64,000 bases of DNA, taken from NCBI GenBank assembly GCA_964016885.1, contig OZ024741.1, positions 253,394,001-253,458,000 on the forward strand, read 5' to 3'. This stretch comes from Eledone cirrhosa. Its lineage: Eukaryota. This document shows, piece by piece, positions 44,316 to 58,390 of this stretch (its first letter is position 1; the number at the start of each line of letters is the position of its first letter). Below the pieces are notes generated by a model. The model saw nothing but the letters and a program-made list of their open reading frames with translations, did no database searches and was not told where the DNA came from. A program made the translations under genes and the position numbers.

Positions 44316-44768
44316 GCACACATACATACATACATACATATACATGTACAAATTGTTTATATATAAGTTGAGTGCAAACAGGCACGCACAAGAAATATTT
44401 ATCATTCTGTGCACAGCAAACCACCTCAACTACTTCCCTTGACACTCACCAGAGAGTACACACACATCCATACTGTAAAAGCTTCACAATAGACATCATT
44501 GCACATATATATATACACCCACTCTCACATATATCTACAGGCAAGTGTCATATTATCCAATATATTTCTACAAATATTTTTCATCCAATTATGTTCAGTT
44601 TTTCTCCCCGAACTGAATTTTCTTTTTTTCGCTGTGAGATTCTTTAAAAAAATGGTTTTCCTTATTAATGAATATGTATGTATGTATGTATGTATGTATA
44701 TTTATATATTTATATATTTGTATGTATATATATATATATATACATATATGAATATATATATATATATA

Positions 44769-44908
<140 letters not shown>

Positions 44909-44968
44909 GTATATAAACATATATATATATTTGTATATATATATATATATATATAAATATATATAAAT

Positions 44969-45045
<77 letters not shown>

Positions 45046-45063
45046 TATTTATATATATATATA

Positions 45064-45113
<50 letters not shown>

Positions 45114-45322
45114 GAAAGAGAAAAAGATCTGTGTGTATAGAGATAGATAGGTAGATATATCAGATTTATTATAACATTATATATTTCAATTTAAATATAA
45201 CTATGCACATCAATGTACATATTCTGAATAGTTATCCCTATGCATACATATAAGCAAGTACACAGCTGGTATAGGAATATATATACTTACAAACACACAA
45301 ATATATATGTATGGATGTATAT

Positions 45323-45660
45323 GGAGGCACATGGCTTAGTGGTTAGAGCATTGGCCTTGCAATCGAAAGGTTGTGAGTTCAATCCTCAGACCGGGTGATG
45401 TGTTGTTTCCTTGAGCAAGACACTTTATTTCACATTGCTCCAGTTTACTCAGCTGTAGAAATGAGATGATAGGGACTGGGATCCATATCATTCCACTGCA
45501 AAGTGGTCGTGGAGGTGCCACGGCAAAAAAGCACCCAGCACTCACTGTAAATGAGGTTGGTGTTAGGAAGGGCATCCAGCTGTAGAAATCAAGCCAAAAT
45601 CAGTTCCTGTCCCACCCTTGCAAGCAGGGAAAAAGCAGACGTAAAATGAAATGAAATGAT
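45323..45660 (+). mobile_element. SINE family 1, full length
   Basis: A box, B box, body, tail. Confidence 0.92.
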
Positions 45661-46154
45661 ATATATATATATATATATATATATTTCAGTTAGTTGTGTG
45701 TGTTTCTGCTTTTGTACTCAGAAATTAGAAAATGAGGACCCACAAAACTATATATATTTTATTTGGCATATCACCGGACAGGTAATGGTAACAATTATTT
45801 CTATGTAGAAATTTGCTGATTCATACATTCATTAAAATTCAATTGTTTATGTCTCAGTATTTATATTGAAAAATGTTGCTATTTTATCTTGCAATAAGTA
45901 TAAAGAAGACAGTGCACAGTCACATATACAAAAGTGAACAGCACAAACACTAGATGGATACATACATGTTGTACACACACACTTCAAAACATGACTGATG
46001 TGATAATGAATGGGGATGGGGGTACTAAAACAGTGTGGAAAAGAGAGTGAAAAAGAGTGACCAGCACTATCAGATTTAATACATATTTGAGTATATATGT
46101 GAGTGTGTATACTTGGTTCTAAACACATTCACAGATACACATACTCATATATAT

Positions 46155-46490
46155 CATCATCATCACCGTTTTACGTCCGTTCTTCCATGCTAGCATGGGT
46201 TAGACGGGTTGTCCTGTTGTGGGCAGTGTCTGGTCGGCTGACCATGCCTTGCTCATACAGGAACTGATTTTGGCTTGGTTTTTACAGCTGGATGCCCTTC
46301 CTAACACCAACCTCATTTACAGTGAGTGCTGGGTGCTTTTTCTTTGTGGCGCCTACACGTCCACTTTACAGTGTGGGCTGGGTGCTTTTTTGCCGTGGCA
46401 CCTCCACGACCACCTTGCGGTGGGAGGATGTGGGGGCATATTGTACCCATGGGAGATCGGGTACTCTGTATTACTGCGTGACGCCAGAGG
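46155..46490 (-). mobile_element. Short RTE-derived element, second copy
   Basis: Reverse-complement homolog of 27815-28170. Confidence 0.8.
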
Positions 46491-46584
46491 TATATAAATA
46501 TATACACACACATATACATATCTCTATATATATACACACACATATCTATATATATACATACACATTTTATGTATATACATACAT

Positions 46585-48295
46585 AAGTGATAGGCAGCGC
46601 GACCTCGTACAAACCACCTAATAAATGTTGTAACCTCTGTATACTAGAGACCCACAATATTATCTTCTCCAACCGTAACCTACTTAACAAAAAATCTGAG
46701 GTGTTTGCAACTTGCCAGCACCGCTTCAGACATTCCTTCCAAAACTTTAAGCCCAATATATAGCAATGTCGGACTGGAACCAAACACCACATCTAGCATC
46801 AAACACCAGAGGCACACCTTATACCACATACCCAACACTAACTGATCTAATATAACACAAACAACGACATCCCTCTGGAACCCTTCGCAGGGAGAATACC
46901 CATTTATACCTCTACGTCAGGTGTGACAACATCCACCCACTTGAACTGCACTACACCGCTCTATAGGTAATTTAAGCATGAATTGATTGGTTTGGTAGTG
47001 TTGTGCGGAGGAAGCGCCTTCCTTAGACAGATGAAAAACGATTTAATCTAGTAACGCTGTTGAGCAGTAGGACCAGGACGCTGAGTGCAGAGAATGAATG
47101 TATTGCAACTGCCGTGCGGGTTGTACATATATGGATGATTTGGCGGTCAGAGAGGGGTCGTGAGGACTGCGGATTGACCTCTGGCCGGACCTGGTGATGA
47201 TTATCTTTCGACATCCAATGTAGCAAGCGATGACCCAGAACTTACCAGAGATCATTGGGTCCTGAAGTGATTCTGCAATCACCGCGCCTGGTCCTATGAG
47301 TAGACAACAACCACAGCGATCATTAATTTAGAATCCTCGCTCATCATCTATAATATTCATTTGTGGCACCTTACGATGGGGGTTAATTCACCATAATAAT
47401 ACGAACACCTTCAGCACAACTTAATTAAACTACTCTATAGTTAAAACACTTTATGCTTTAGAAATTTTTTGGAAGTTGCGCATAACCATAGAAATTAGGG
47501 TCTATATTGAGACACATTTCAATAGCTAGGTATAGAAACCTCGGAGTTACCTCCCCTCATGCATTAACTCCCCTTAGCCACACACACACTTCCGGGTGGT
47601 ATTCAATGTCGCTTCTCGAAACGTAACAGCCTCCTGTATTGAACTAAAGAACATCAGACTACGATTCTCTAACTGGATTGTCAAACGCTCAATATCGAAT
47701 TGTCGTGGATTATGTGAGGGGCATATAATCGAAAGATACACTCCCCTGGCCATGAAAATGTCGAAGTACATGAAATACTTGTCATCCCTTCGCTGTGCAT
47801 CTCCAATACTTTTAATATTTTTAATGCTTGCACTATTTTTAATGCTTATATCATTTCTCCACACACAGACTATATCAATCATATAAAGAATTTGCCACCA
47901 GATCAACCAACCTAACACTCTTGTTTACCTACCTAAGTGCCTCTACTACACGTATCTCTCTGCCACACTATATAAACAAGACGTACGTGCTTGCCACACA
48001 TATAACATTTGCACTATATAACCGCTTATCTTCATGTTGTATTTTAACCTGTATTTTTGATTTTTGATTGTACCTTTTAATATGAATGTAATCTCGAAGT
48101 GTGTACTGCCACTCTAAATTCTGTAATGAATGTTGACCCACAATATTTGCATATGTATCTGTATGTCTCTTGGCTGAAAAGGAGGTCATATAACTGTCCA
48201 TGCATTAATAAATTGCTCCGAAGAATCCAAACCTCGGTTTGGAGGAAACAGCTGTAAGCACAATAATGTTTTGAACAGTTCTTTGATTCTTATAT
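46585..48295 (+). mobile_element. Penelope-like element 3' fragment: GIY-YIG C-terminus, about 1.45 kb downstream region, HHR
   Basis: 46587-46763 reads VIGSATSYKPPNKCCNLCILETHNIIFSNRNLLNKKSEVFATCQHRFRHSFQNFKPNI*; HHR at 48214. Confidence 0.82.
48214..48260 (+). ncRNA. Minimal HHR (core CCGAAGA, U4C variant)
   Basis: TGCT-CCGAAGA-aTCCAAACC tc GGTTTGGAg-GAAAC-AGCT-GTA-AGCA; palindromic ACAGCTGT. Confidence 0.75.
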
Positions 48296-49252
48296 TTCAT
48301 ATACATACATACGCATTTTACACTTACATTTATATACAAATATGTATATGCTTCTATATTACATACACATGTATATACAAATGCATATCTTTATGTATGC
48401 TTGTGTTTATGGATTTAAAATATACAAATACCAAACAGTTTTCTTACACATACATACACACATACATGAATACACAGATATGCACACATTAAATCATATA
48501 CATTTCACATTTTTTTAAAAGTTACTTTCAAATTAATTTCATTTAGTTGTATACATATCAGTCAACAAAGCAAATGAAAAATAATAAAAATGTAATCTTT
48601 CGCCAGTTTCAGTCATCTGACTGGTCTGCAGTGTTACTGGGGCAGTCTATTTTGAGCCATTACTTATTATATCAATCACTATTTGCCATGTCAGAAGAAA
48701 AGAGAGAGGGCATGAGAAAGAAAATGAGAGAGCATAAGAAAGAGAAAGAATAGAAGAGAAGATGAAGGTAAAAGATGATCCATATTAGAATATGAGAGAT
48801 AAAAACCAAGAGAAATGGGAATTGGGAGAGATAAAGAAATAGAGAATGACAGAGAAATAGTAAGATGAGGGAAGAAAAGTAGTGTGCATAAAAATAGAAG
48901 AATGCGATTTATTTAAAATTTCAAGTAGATATGTTATCCAATAGTAAATATATACTAACTGATATCTGTGCATATGGCTAAAACAAACTGAATAACACAT
49001 TTGTTCACAAAAACAGTTTGCTGCAAATTCTTTATTCAGTACACTTCTATGGAAACTCAGAGAATCCCTTTTCAGGAGAAAATACAGAGATGCCACCAGG
49101 GGCCTCTGCTAATGTACACTCACACACACACACTCATATATATATAAATAAATATATATATATATATATATAAATATAAATATATATACATGTATAAATA
49201 TGAATATATATACATATACATATATATATATACACATATATATATGTATACA

Positions 49253-49371
<119 letters not shown>

Positions 49372-49998
49372 CTGTATATATATTTGAGAGAGAGGGAGAT
49401 GGATGGATCGATACATACATATATATACACATAGATTTATACAAACATGCACATATAAAAATCTAATATGCATACATACATGATTATTATAGTTGTGGTA
49501 GCTTCTGCCACAATTTATTCCAGAAAAACTTGCCATATTTATATTTTAATTCTAATAATTTCAATATTGTGTGAATATATATATATATATTCTGTGTATA
49601 TGTATCTGTATATAAATGTTCATGTGTGTTTTCCATCTCTGTGTGTTTATATATGTGTTTTCCATGTCTGTGTGTTTATATGTGTGTTTGTGCTTGCCTC
49701 CCTTCCCCCTCTCTCTACACAGATATATGTAAATATCAAGATATATACTTATATGTATAAAAATGTATTGCATTTTTTAATATAGAATGATATTTATGTT
49801 TACATGCCAAAGACTTTTCTGAATATTGGAATATGCTTATATGTATGAATCTAAAATTAATTGGGTCTTTGTCAGTTTGGATGATGAGTACTGCAGTTGT
49901 ACGATCAACTAAATTATCTGCTCATTGAGAGTGTAAGTGGCTGAGTATTCCACAGACACATACTATTAATGTAATATATGTGATATATATATACATAT

Positions 49999-50055
<57 letters not shown>

Positions 50056-50061
50056 CATACA

Positions 50062-50155
<94 letters not shown>

Positions 50156-50324
50156 TACATATATATATGTGTATTTATTTATATATATATACATATATAC
50201 ATATATATATGTGTATATATTTATATATATGTGTATATTTATATATATATATACATATATTTATATATATACTTATATTTATATATGTATATATTAATAT
50301 ATATATATATATATTTACATATAT

Positions 50325-50666
50325 GGAGGCACATGGCTTAGTGGTTAGAGCATTGGCCTTGCAATCGAAAGGTTGTGAGTTCAATTCTCAGACCGGGTGA
50401 TGTGTTGTTTCCTTGAGCAAGAGACTTTATTTCACATTGCTCCAGTTTACTCAGCTGTAGAAATGAGATGATAGGGACTAGGGTCCCTATCATTCCACTG
50501 CAAAGTGGTCATGGAGGTGCACGGCAAAAGAGCACCCAGCACTCACTGTAAATGAGGTTGGTGTTGGGAAGGGCATCCAGCTGTAGAAATCATGCCAGAA
50601 TCAGTTCCCGTCCCACCCTTGCAAGCAGGGAAAAGCGGACGTAAAATAAAATGATGAAATGATGAT
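50325..50666 (+). mobile_element. SINE family 1, full length
   Basis: A box, B box, body, tail. Confidence 0.92.
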
Positions 50667-50693
50667 ATATATATATATATACATATATATACG

Positions 50694-50725
<32 letters not shown>

Positions 50726-51511
50726 TAATATATATATACACATATATATATACATATGTATATACATACACACACACACATATATATATATATATATTTA
50801 TATGTAAATGTTGTTGTACTCATTACTAATTTACAGTTTCAATTTTCTTCACATATTTTTGTCAATGTTTCCAAACTCTCGTGGTTATATCACCAGGAGT
50901 GTTGTTTTAATTTTACTGCCTTTTATACTTTTGTATTTATTATGAAGTCATATACAGTTATTACTTTCCCATAATTCTATCTACACATTGCAAGGTACAT
51001 TTTCCTGACATATGTATGTTGTTCGTATCACTGGCTCCTCACAGGCTATTGATCTTGGCACCAAATTACAATATCAGTATTGCTTCCATGAATAAGCCCT
51101 TGTTTTTGTCCAGGATTCTGTATAATACAGCCATATTGTCTGTTAATGTTCTCCTAGCTAACTTCTTTTGGTGGTGTATGGTCTGGTGTTTTCCTATCAC
51201 TCCTTGTTGTAAATGCCCGCAAGGGAGTGTTGTAAGGACAACACTCGCACAAATGCTCACCATGCATTTACAAGAAGCAAAGCTTGGATCAGCCTAAGAG
51301 ATACTTATCCAAGGTGCAACACAGGGAGTGAAAATGAAACCAAAACTTAATGATTGTGAAACAAACTTCTTAACACATTCAGTTATGTCTATCATACACA
51401 TTTATTTTGACAGGTTCATATAGAAATAAGTAAGAAGTATTTTCAATACATAATGAGAACATTTCAAGAGAGGCATTAAATAGCATTTAGTTAGAATGCT
51501 ACTTCTGGTGA

Positions 51512-51866
51512 TTCATTCATTCATTCATTTCATTTTATTTCATCTTACATCCGCTTTTCCCTGCTTGCAAGGGTGGGACGGGAACTGATTCTGGCTTGAT
51601 TTCTACAGCTGGATGCCCTTCCTAACACCAACCTCATTTACAGTGAGTGCTGGGTGCTTTTTTTGCCGTGGCACCTCCACGACCACTTTGCAGTGGAATG
51701 ATATGGACCCCAGTCCCTATCATCTCATTTCTACAGCTGAGGAAACTGGAGCAATGTGAAATAAAGTGTCTTGCTCAAGGAAACAACACATCACCCGGTC
51801 TGAGAATTGAACTCACAACCTTTTGATTGCAAGTCCAATGCTCTAACCACTTAGCCATATGCCTCC
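51512..51866 (-). mobile_element. SINE family 1, full length
   Basis: Reverse complement of consensus. Confidence 0.92.
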
Positions 51867-51889
51867 ACATGTAGAATTATATATAGTGT

Positions 51890-52470
51890 ATAAAGTGACT
51901 AACTTTTTATCTGCCTAAGTCGGAACACAGTGGCGTATGTGGAGAAATCAGTTTAATCTAATTCACCAATCAACATATGACATGATGCAGGGAAACATAG
52001 AGCAATGTTATGTAATGATAATGTATGTTAAATTTAAGAAAACCAAACAAGAAGCCTGTGGAATGCTAGAAGAGGCCTATGGGGGTGAATTGATGAGCAA
52101 AGCAAGTTTCTACACATGATTTCTGAAGGAAATGAACAGGTTGAGCATGAGTGCAGCTCTGGAGCATTGATCAGCACACAAAAGGGGGAAAACACTAAGG
52201 AAGTGCAAAGTTTAGTGATGCATGACTGCTGAGTTACCGTGAGGATGATATCTAAAGCTGTTGGTGTTAGTATTGGCATAGTAGAGAAACTTCTGACCAA
52301 CGATCTGGAGCTCTACAAAGTCTGTCAAGCTCATGCCAAAGATCCTCTCTAATGATCAGGGGCAGTTTCGTATAGAATGTTGCACTGACATTCTTGATAT
52401 GATAGAGGCTGATTCTGGTTTCCTGAATAAAGTAGTGACTTGTGACAAGAGTTGGGTATTTACCTTGAGA
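51890..52470 (+). pseudogene. Mariner transposase relic (N-terminal HTH to first catalytic Asp)
   Basis: KTKQEACGMLEEAYG..MSKASFY, PKILS..RIECC..FLNKVVTCDKSWVF; disrupted. Confidence 0.85.
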
Positions 52471-52804
52471 GCAACTGTTCTGTCAAATGGTATTTATATC
52501 AAATGCAAACTAGGACATATCTGAAATTGGCAGTATAATTTACATAATGTATCTTTCTATATTAACATGTAAAATATTATAAAAGTTTGTATGCTTTCAC
52601 TTTCACTTTCAGTTGATGTCTGTGTAAATTCTTAACCTTCAGCATGCTGAATTTTTTCATGAATTGCTTTCCTTGACACTGCATTATGTATTAAGAGGAG
52701 ATTACTCTCTTGTCACAATTTGTCACCGACAGCATGCTGAAGATTAAAACATTTTTTTCTATTCTGTCAATATAATACCCTCTAATTTACCTAAGCTAGA
52801 AATC

Positions 52805-52975
52805 ATGGCTAGGTCAACTTTGCCTTTCATCCTTTTGTGATAGGTATCTATAAAATAAAATACCAGTAAATTACTGGGGTCGATTTATTCGACTTTCCCC
52901 TCCTCGCAAATATTTTAGCTTGTTCCGATGCGAGAAATCATGCCTAGGTCAACTTTGCCTTTCATCCTTTTACGG
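52805..52975 (+). mobile_element. SINE family 2 3' fragments
   Basis: aggtcaactttgcctttcatcctttt occurs twice. Confidence 0.7.
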
Positions 52976-53428
52976 AAAGTGGGAGTAGGCACCACCACTA
53001 TCATCATCATCATTATCATCATCATGATCTTTATTACCACCATTACCACCATCACAACCACCATCATCATCATCATCAATATCATCATCTTGATCTTCAG
53101 CATCTTCACCACAACATGATCATTATCATCATCATCGTCATTACCACCAGCACCATTACTACCAGAACTACCACAACCTCCACTATCATCAACATCACCA
53201 CTATCAACATCATGATCTTCATCACCATCATCACCATCACCACACCCATCTTTATTTTCATCATCACAATCACCACCATTACCACAATCATCATCACATT
53301 TACACCTAAATCCTTTTGCCCTTTCTCTCTTGATTATACGTTTGATAGGTTTGTAATAAAGTAAATCATCAGATATCTCAAGCCTGGGTTATCTTATCAG
53401 GGAGACACCAATCTCCTTAGATCTAATA

Positions 53429-53504
<76 letters not shown>

Positions 53505-53611
53505 GATAATGAGGGCTGAATAAAGATATATATATATATATATATACATACACATATTTATATATATATATCATCATCATCATCATCATTTTACGTCCGC
53601 TCTTCCCTGCT

Positions 53612-53651
<40 letters not shown>

Positions 53652-53756
53652 CACACACATGGCAAACTGACTTGTGTTTCATACAATATAGTATGTTTAC
53701 CTCTATGATTACATATTGAGGTCTTTTTCTTTAGTGATTGTAATCACACATTCAGG

Positions 53757-53804
<48 letters not shown>

Positions 53805-53809
<5 letters not shown>

Positions 53810-53993
53810 AACAAGTAAGACCCCGACGGCTGAGCTCAAGCCGTTTCGACGGCTAATTCTGAATTAGCCGTCGAAACGGCTTGAGCTCAGCCGTCGGGGT
53901 CTTACTTGTTCCTATTACCCACTCTACTACCCTAAGTATTGAGTACTTTGGTGCGTTATGGTCCACCTGGTTCCTTACCACATTTCCTTCGTT
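53805..53993 (+). mobile_element. PLE family C 3' end with perfect fold-back hairpin
   Basis: Arms about 53805-53858 and 53860-53914 centred on aattctgaatt; HHR 3' half; same tail as 29281. Confidence 0.8.
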
Positions 53994-54016
53994 ATATATA
54001 TATATATATATACATA

Positions 54017-54889
54017 TCATCATCATCATCATCATCATTTTACGTCCGCTTTTCCCTGCTTGCAAGGGTGGGATGGGTCTTATTCAGCACAGCATCTCTC
54101 CACTCGTCACGGTCCCTCGTCATCTCCACCGTGAGCTTCAATGATCTGAGGTCTGTTCTCACCACCTCCACCCATGTTTTTCGTGGTCTACCTCTACCAC
54201 GTCTTCCTTCAACTGGCATTTCCTGGCACTTCTTCACCCATCGGTCATCCTCCATGCGCATCACATGTCCATACCACCTCAGTCTCCTCTCCCGTACACT
54301 ACATTCTATCCCTCTCAGACACAGTTTCTCTCTCAACACATTTATGCTGGGTCGTTCACGCACATTTACACTGAACATCCAACGGAGCATGCTTGCCTCA
54401 TTTCTCTCCCGCCGTCGCATATCCTCTGCAGTTGTTGCCCATGTCTCACTACCATGCAGCATCGCGCTCCTCACACAGGCATCATACAACCGGCCTTTCG
54501 TACGCAGGGAGAAACCCTTCTTCGTCAACAGAGGAAGCAGCTCCCTAAACTTCTTCCAACCCGTCCTTATTCTAGATACTATGGCCTCGGAACACCCTCC
54601 TCCCATGTTAATCTGATCTCCTAGGTACCGGAAGCTATCCACCACTTCTATAGCGCCCTCTCGCATTTGAAAAATGTGTCTATCAGTGTGACTTCTACTG
54701 TCTAATTTCCCTGTACATCTACTGCATACATATTTCTCCCTACCTGTTAGTTTGCCTGCTATCCCGCTACATCTCTTGTGTACCCAGGACCTGCATTGTG
54801 TGCATTTTATAGAATTTATGCCAGTTCCTTTTCTGCATATCGAACATGGCCATTTCCCTGACGGAATCAGGGTTTTGTCCTCTTTTCTA

Positions 54890-54890
<1 letters not shown>
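54017..54890 (-). mobile_element. Young 5'-truncated RTE LINE; frame open 54040-54888 (PHD-like finger plus RT C-terminus)
   Basis: WPCSICRKGTGINSIKCTQCRSWVHKRCSG..YVCSRC, then [31 protein letters not shown]; (GAT)n tail straight after stop. Confidence 0.93.
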
Positions 54891-54921
<31 letters not shown>

Positions 54922-55008
54922 GTAAAAGGTAAACAGAAATAACAACACAATTGGTACAGTATATGGAAGGGATATATTAGGTTAACGCTTGACATAGCAG
55001 GAAGAGGA

Positions 55009-55044
55009 TCTTAACGTTTCGGACGCTAGTCCTTCATCAGAAGA
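55009..55044 (-). ncRNA. Minimal HHR
   Basis: TCTT-CTGATGA-aGGAC tagc GTCC-GAAACGTT-AAGA; in an insert of about 120 bp between (TA)n. Confidence 0.8.
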
Positions 55045-55181
55045 AAGAATGAGAAATAAGATATATATATATATATCATCATCATCATTTAACGTCCATT
55101 TTACCACACTTGCATGGATTAGACGGATTGTCACATGAAACAAGTCAGGTCACGTGGCCACATCTTACTCATATGAATCTG

Positions 55182-56104
55182 TATGGGCTGTGTTTAAAAT
55201 GTATTCGACCTTTGGGCATAAAAAAAACAATTTTCAACATTTCACAAATTTTATTTAACCACCTTCAAAATACTTCCCTTGGGAGTTGACACACTTCTCT
55301 TGGCAGTTCTGCCACTGCAGGTTAACATTACTTTCACAGTTCTGTGAACCTGTCATCATTTTTCAGGTCTTGGTGATGACAGATGCTCCCATTGGGATGA
55401 CTAGAAATATGTTTCCAAGTCATAACCCTAAACCAATGTCTCATAACCAGTGGTGATGGTCTTCTTGAAGTCTGGGTCATGGTTTGCACAGTCCAGCATC
55501 TGCTGAGTGATTTCCATGAAGAGTGGCTTCTGATGCTCTGCCAACACCTTAGGGGTGAATTTTGCTGACACTCTCCGCATGCACAAATCCTCTGTTAAAA
55601 TAGAAGCCTGTGCTTATTCCCACTTCATGAGCAATTTCCTGGATTGTTCCATGACTATTCACTGAACCTTCTCAATTGGCTGCAAGTTTTGACTTGTGAA
55701 TGGCTTGCTTGCACATACCTCACTCTCATCTTAGATGCGATCATGTTTGAAGCAGTTGTACCACTCCTTGATCTGAGTTGTGTTCATGGCATCACCACCA
55801 AAGGCCAGTTGAATTTTTCTGGATGGTTTGAGCTTCAGTATCACCAAGCTTTTGGCAAAATGTGTTGCAATATCTCTACTCAATGCGTTCGCTCATCTTG
55901 CATTAAAACGAAAATTTGACAAACGTGCACTAAATAGCTGAACTCTAAGCATAACAGCCAGGAACTGACGTGGCATAGTGGTGTGAAAGTTTTCACACAT
56001 GCACATGAAAGGTGGTATCACTTCCAACACAAAGGATTTTATCCATGCAGCATTAGTTTTGGTGGCAAAAAATAAAGTCAGATACTTGTTGAATGCACCT
56101 CATA
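55182..56104 (-). mobile_element. Internally deleted mariner element with degenerate TIRs
   Basis: N-term CQKLGDTEAQ..IQLAFGGDAMNTTQIKEWYNCFK; C-term QWQNCQEKCVNSQGKYFEG; similar termini in inverted orientation. Confidence 0.8.
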
Positions 56105-56464
56105 TTTTGCCTTGGTTTTTATGGCTGGATGCCATTCCTAATGCCAACCAAATTATGCATATATATTATATATATATGTATATACATATATATATATATC
56201 ATATATATATATATATATTTATATATTATACATATATATGTATATATTATATATATATGTATATATATATATTATATATATATGTGTATATATATATCAT
56301 ATATTATATATATATAAGTATATATATATATTATATAAGTATATATATATACATATATATATATATACATATATATATAATATATATATACATATATATA
56401 TAATATAAGTATATATATAAGTATATATATATATAATATAAGTATATATATATTATATATATAT

Positions 56465-56585
56465 ACTTATATATTACCCACTCTACTACCTTATATATTA
56501 CCCACTCTACTACCCTAAGTATTGAGTACTTTGAGTACTTTGGTGCATTATGGTCAACATGGTTCCTTACCACATTTCCTTTGTT
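56465..56585 (+). mobile_element. PLE family C tail fragment
   Basis: ttacccactctactaccctaagtattgagtactttgg...ttcctttgtt(TA)n. Confidence 0.7.
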
Positions 56586-56634
56586 ATATATATATATATA
56601 AAAGTGAAGAAGTGAGGAAGTGAAGAATATATAT

Positions 56635-56858
56635 ATAGAAGTGAAGAAGTGCCAGGAAATGCCAGTTGAAGGAAGACGCAGTAGAGGTAGACCACGAAAA
56701 ACGTGGGCGGAGGTGGTGAGAGCAGACCTCAGATCGCTGAAGCTCACGGTGGAGATGACGAAGGACCGTGACAAGTGGAGAGATGCTGTGCTGAATAAGA
56801 CCCGTCCCACCCTTGCAACAGGGAAAAGCGGACATAAAACGATGATGATGATGATGAT
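56635..56858 (+). mobile_element. RTE 3' fragment, same family as 54017
   Basis: VKKCQEMPVEGRRSRGRPRKTW..WRDAVLNKTRPTLA; (GAT)n. Confidence 0.9.
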
Positions 56859-57244
56859 ATATATATATATATTAGTGCTGCACAAATTTATCGGCAGATA
56901 ACTCATAATTAGTATTGGCCATATCGGTCATTTTGGTAATTAATCAGTTTTTTTTTGGCAGTAAATTTGTTTTGATATTCACTCCTTATTGTTTTGAAAG
57001 TAAGAAAACCAAAGATAACATAAAAATATGGAACACTCATAGGATTAAACATGTAAAAATAAGAAACTTATTATTTCTTACAATATTATCAGCATCATCA
57101 TCATTTAACATCCATTTTCAACACTAGCATGGCTAGGATGGGCTGTCCCTTTGTGAGAAATCATGTCGGGGGACCGTATTTTGCTCACAAAGAACTGATT
57201 TGAATATAGTTTCTATGGCTGGATGCCCTTCCTAATGTCAACCA

Positions 57245-57801
57245 TATTTACAGTGTGTGCTGGGTGCTTTTGCATGACACCTACACAACCACTTTACAGT
57301 GTGGACTGGGTGCTTCTTGTCGAGACACCTACACGACCACTTTACAGTGTGGACTGGGCGCTTTTTGTCGTGACACCTACATGACCACTTTACAGTGTGG
57401 ACTGGGCGCTTTTTGTCGTGACACCTACATGACCACTTTACAGTGTGGACTGGGCGCTTTTTGTCGTGACACTTACATGACCACTTTACAGTGTGGACTG
57501 GGCGCTTTTTGTCGTGACACCTACACGACCACTTTACAGTGTGGACTGGGCGCTTTTTGTCGTGACACCTACATGACCACTTTACAGTGTGGACTGGACT
57601 GGGCGCTTTTTGTCGTGACACTTACATGACCACTTTACAGTGTGGACTGGACTGGGCGCTTTTTGTCGTGACACCTACATGACCACTTTACAGTGTGGAC
57701 TGGACTGGGCGCTTTTTGTCGTGACACTTACATGACCACTTTACAGTGTGGACTGGGCGCTTTTTGTCGTGACACCTACATGACCACTTTACAGTGTGGA
57801 C
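57245..57801. repeat. 48-bp minisatellite (about 11 copies) inside an RTE/SINE 3' module (57090-57801, minus)
   Basis: Unit gacacctacatgaccactttacagtgtggactgggcgctttttgtcgt. Confidence 0.93.
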
Positions 57802-58358
57802 TCAAACAATCTAAAACCTTCAATGTAATATAACTCTGTTCTTAGAGCTCAAAAGCACTGATCTACATACCTCGAAACTACTTGGGACTTACCAACAGAT
57901 ATAATTCTCTGTACATTAAAAGGTATCAAAGTAGAATAGAGAGACCCTTCTACCCACCTGTGTGGATGTGTGTTTAATTGATCTCTTAAAAAGGAATTAT
58001 TTTTTTTAATTATATATATTCCAATTTCATGCATTTATAAAGGTATTCAAAAATGTTCCAGTAATAGTGATTCCTGTTATCTTAACTTACTCAAACAAAA
58101 AATGAAATTTAATGATCAAATTTAAGAACTCACAAATTCTAATTTAAAACAAAAATTTCTCCATTTTCAGAAGCTCCTAAAATCAGCCAAGTTTTGTTAT
58201 TAGGTTTTCTCAAATAGCAACTCCATAATTGTGATTAATTGTGAGATATTATAATATATTACTTACATTTAATTATATTATGAACTTTCATAGCAAAATA
58301 AATAATTATATTATTGATAATAAACAATCAATTAATCGGTATCAGCCAATTATATCCC

Positions 58359-58390
<32 letters not shown>

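Noticed and set aside
49040-49112. Exon-like stretch after ttctttattcAG
   Set aside because: All frames briefly open, no convincing donor, no recognisable peptide
57245-57801. CRISPR-like regular repeat
   Set aside because: No unique spacers, no cas genes, eukaryotic context
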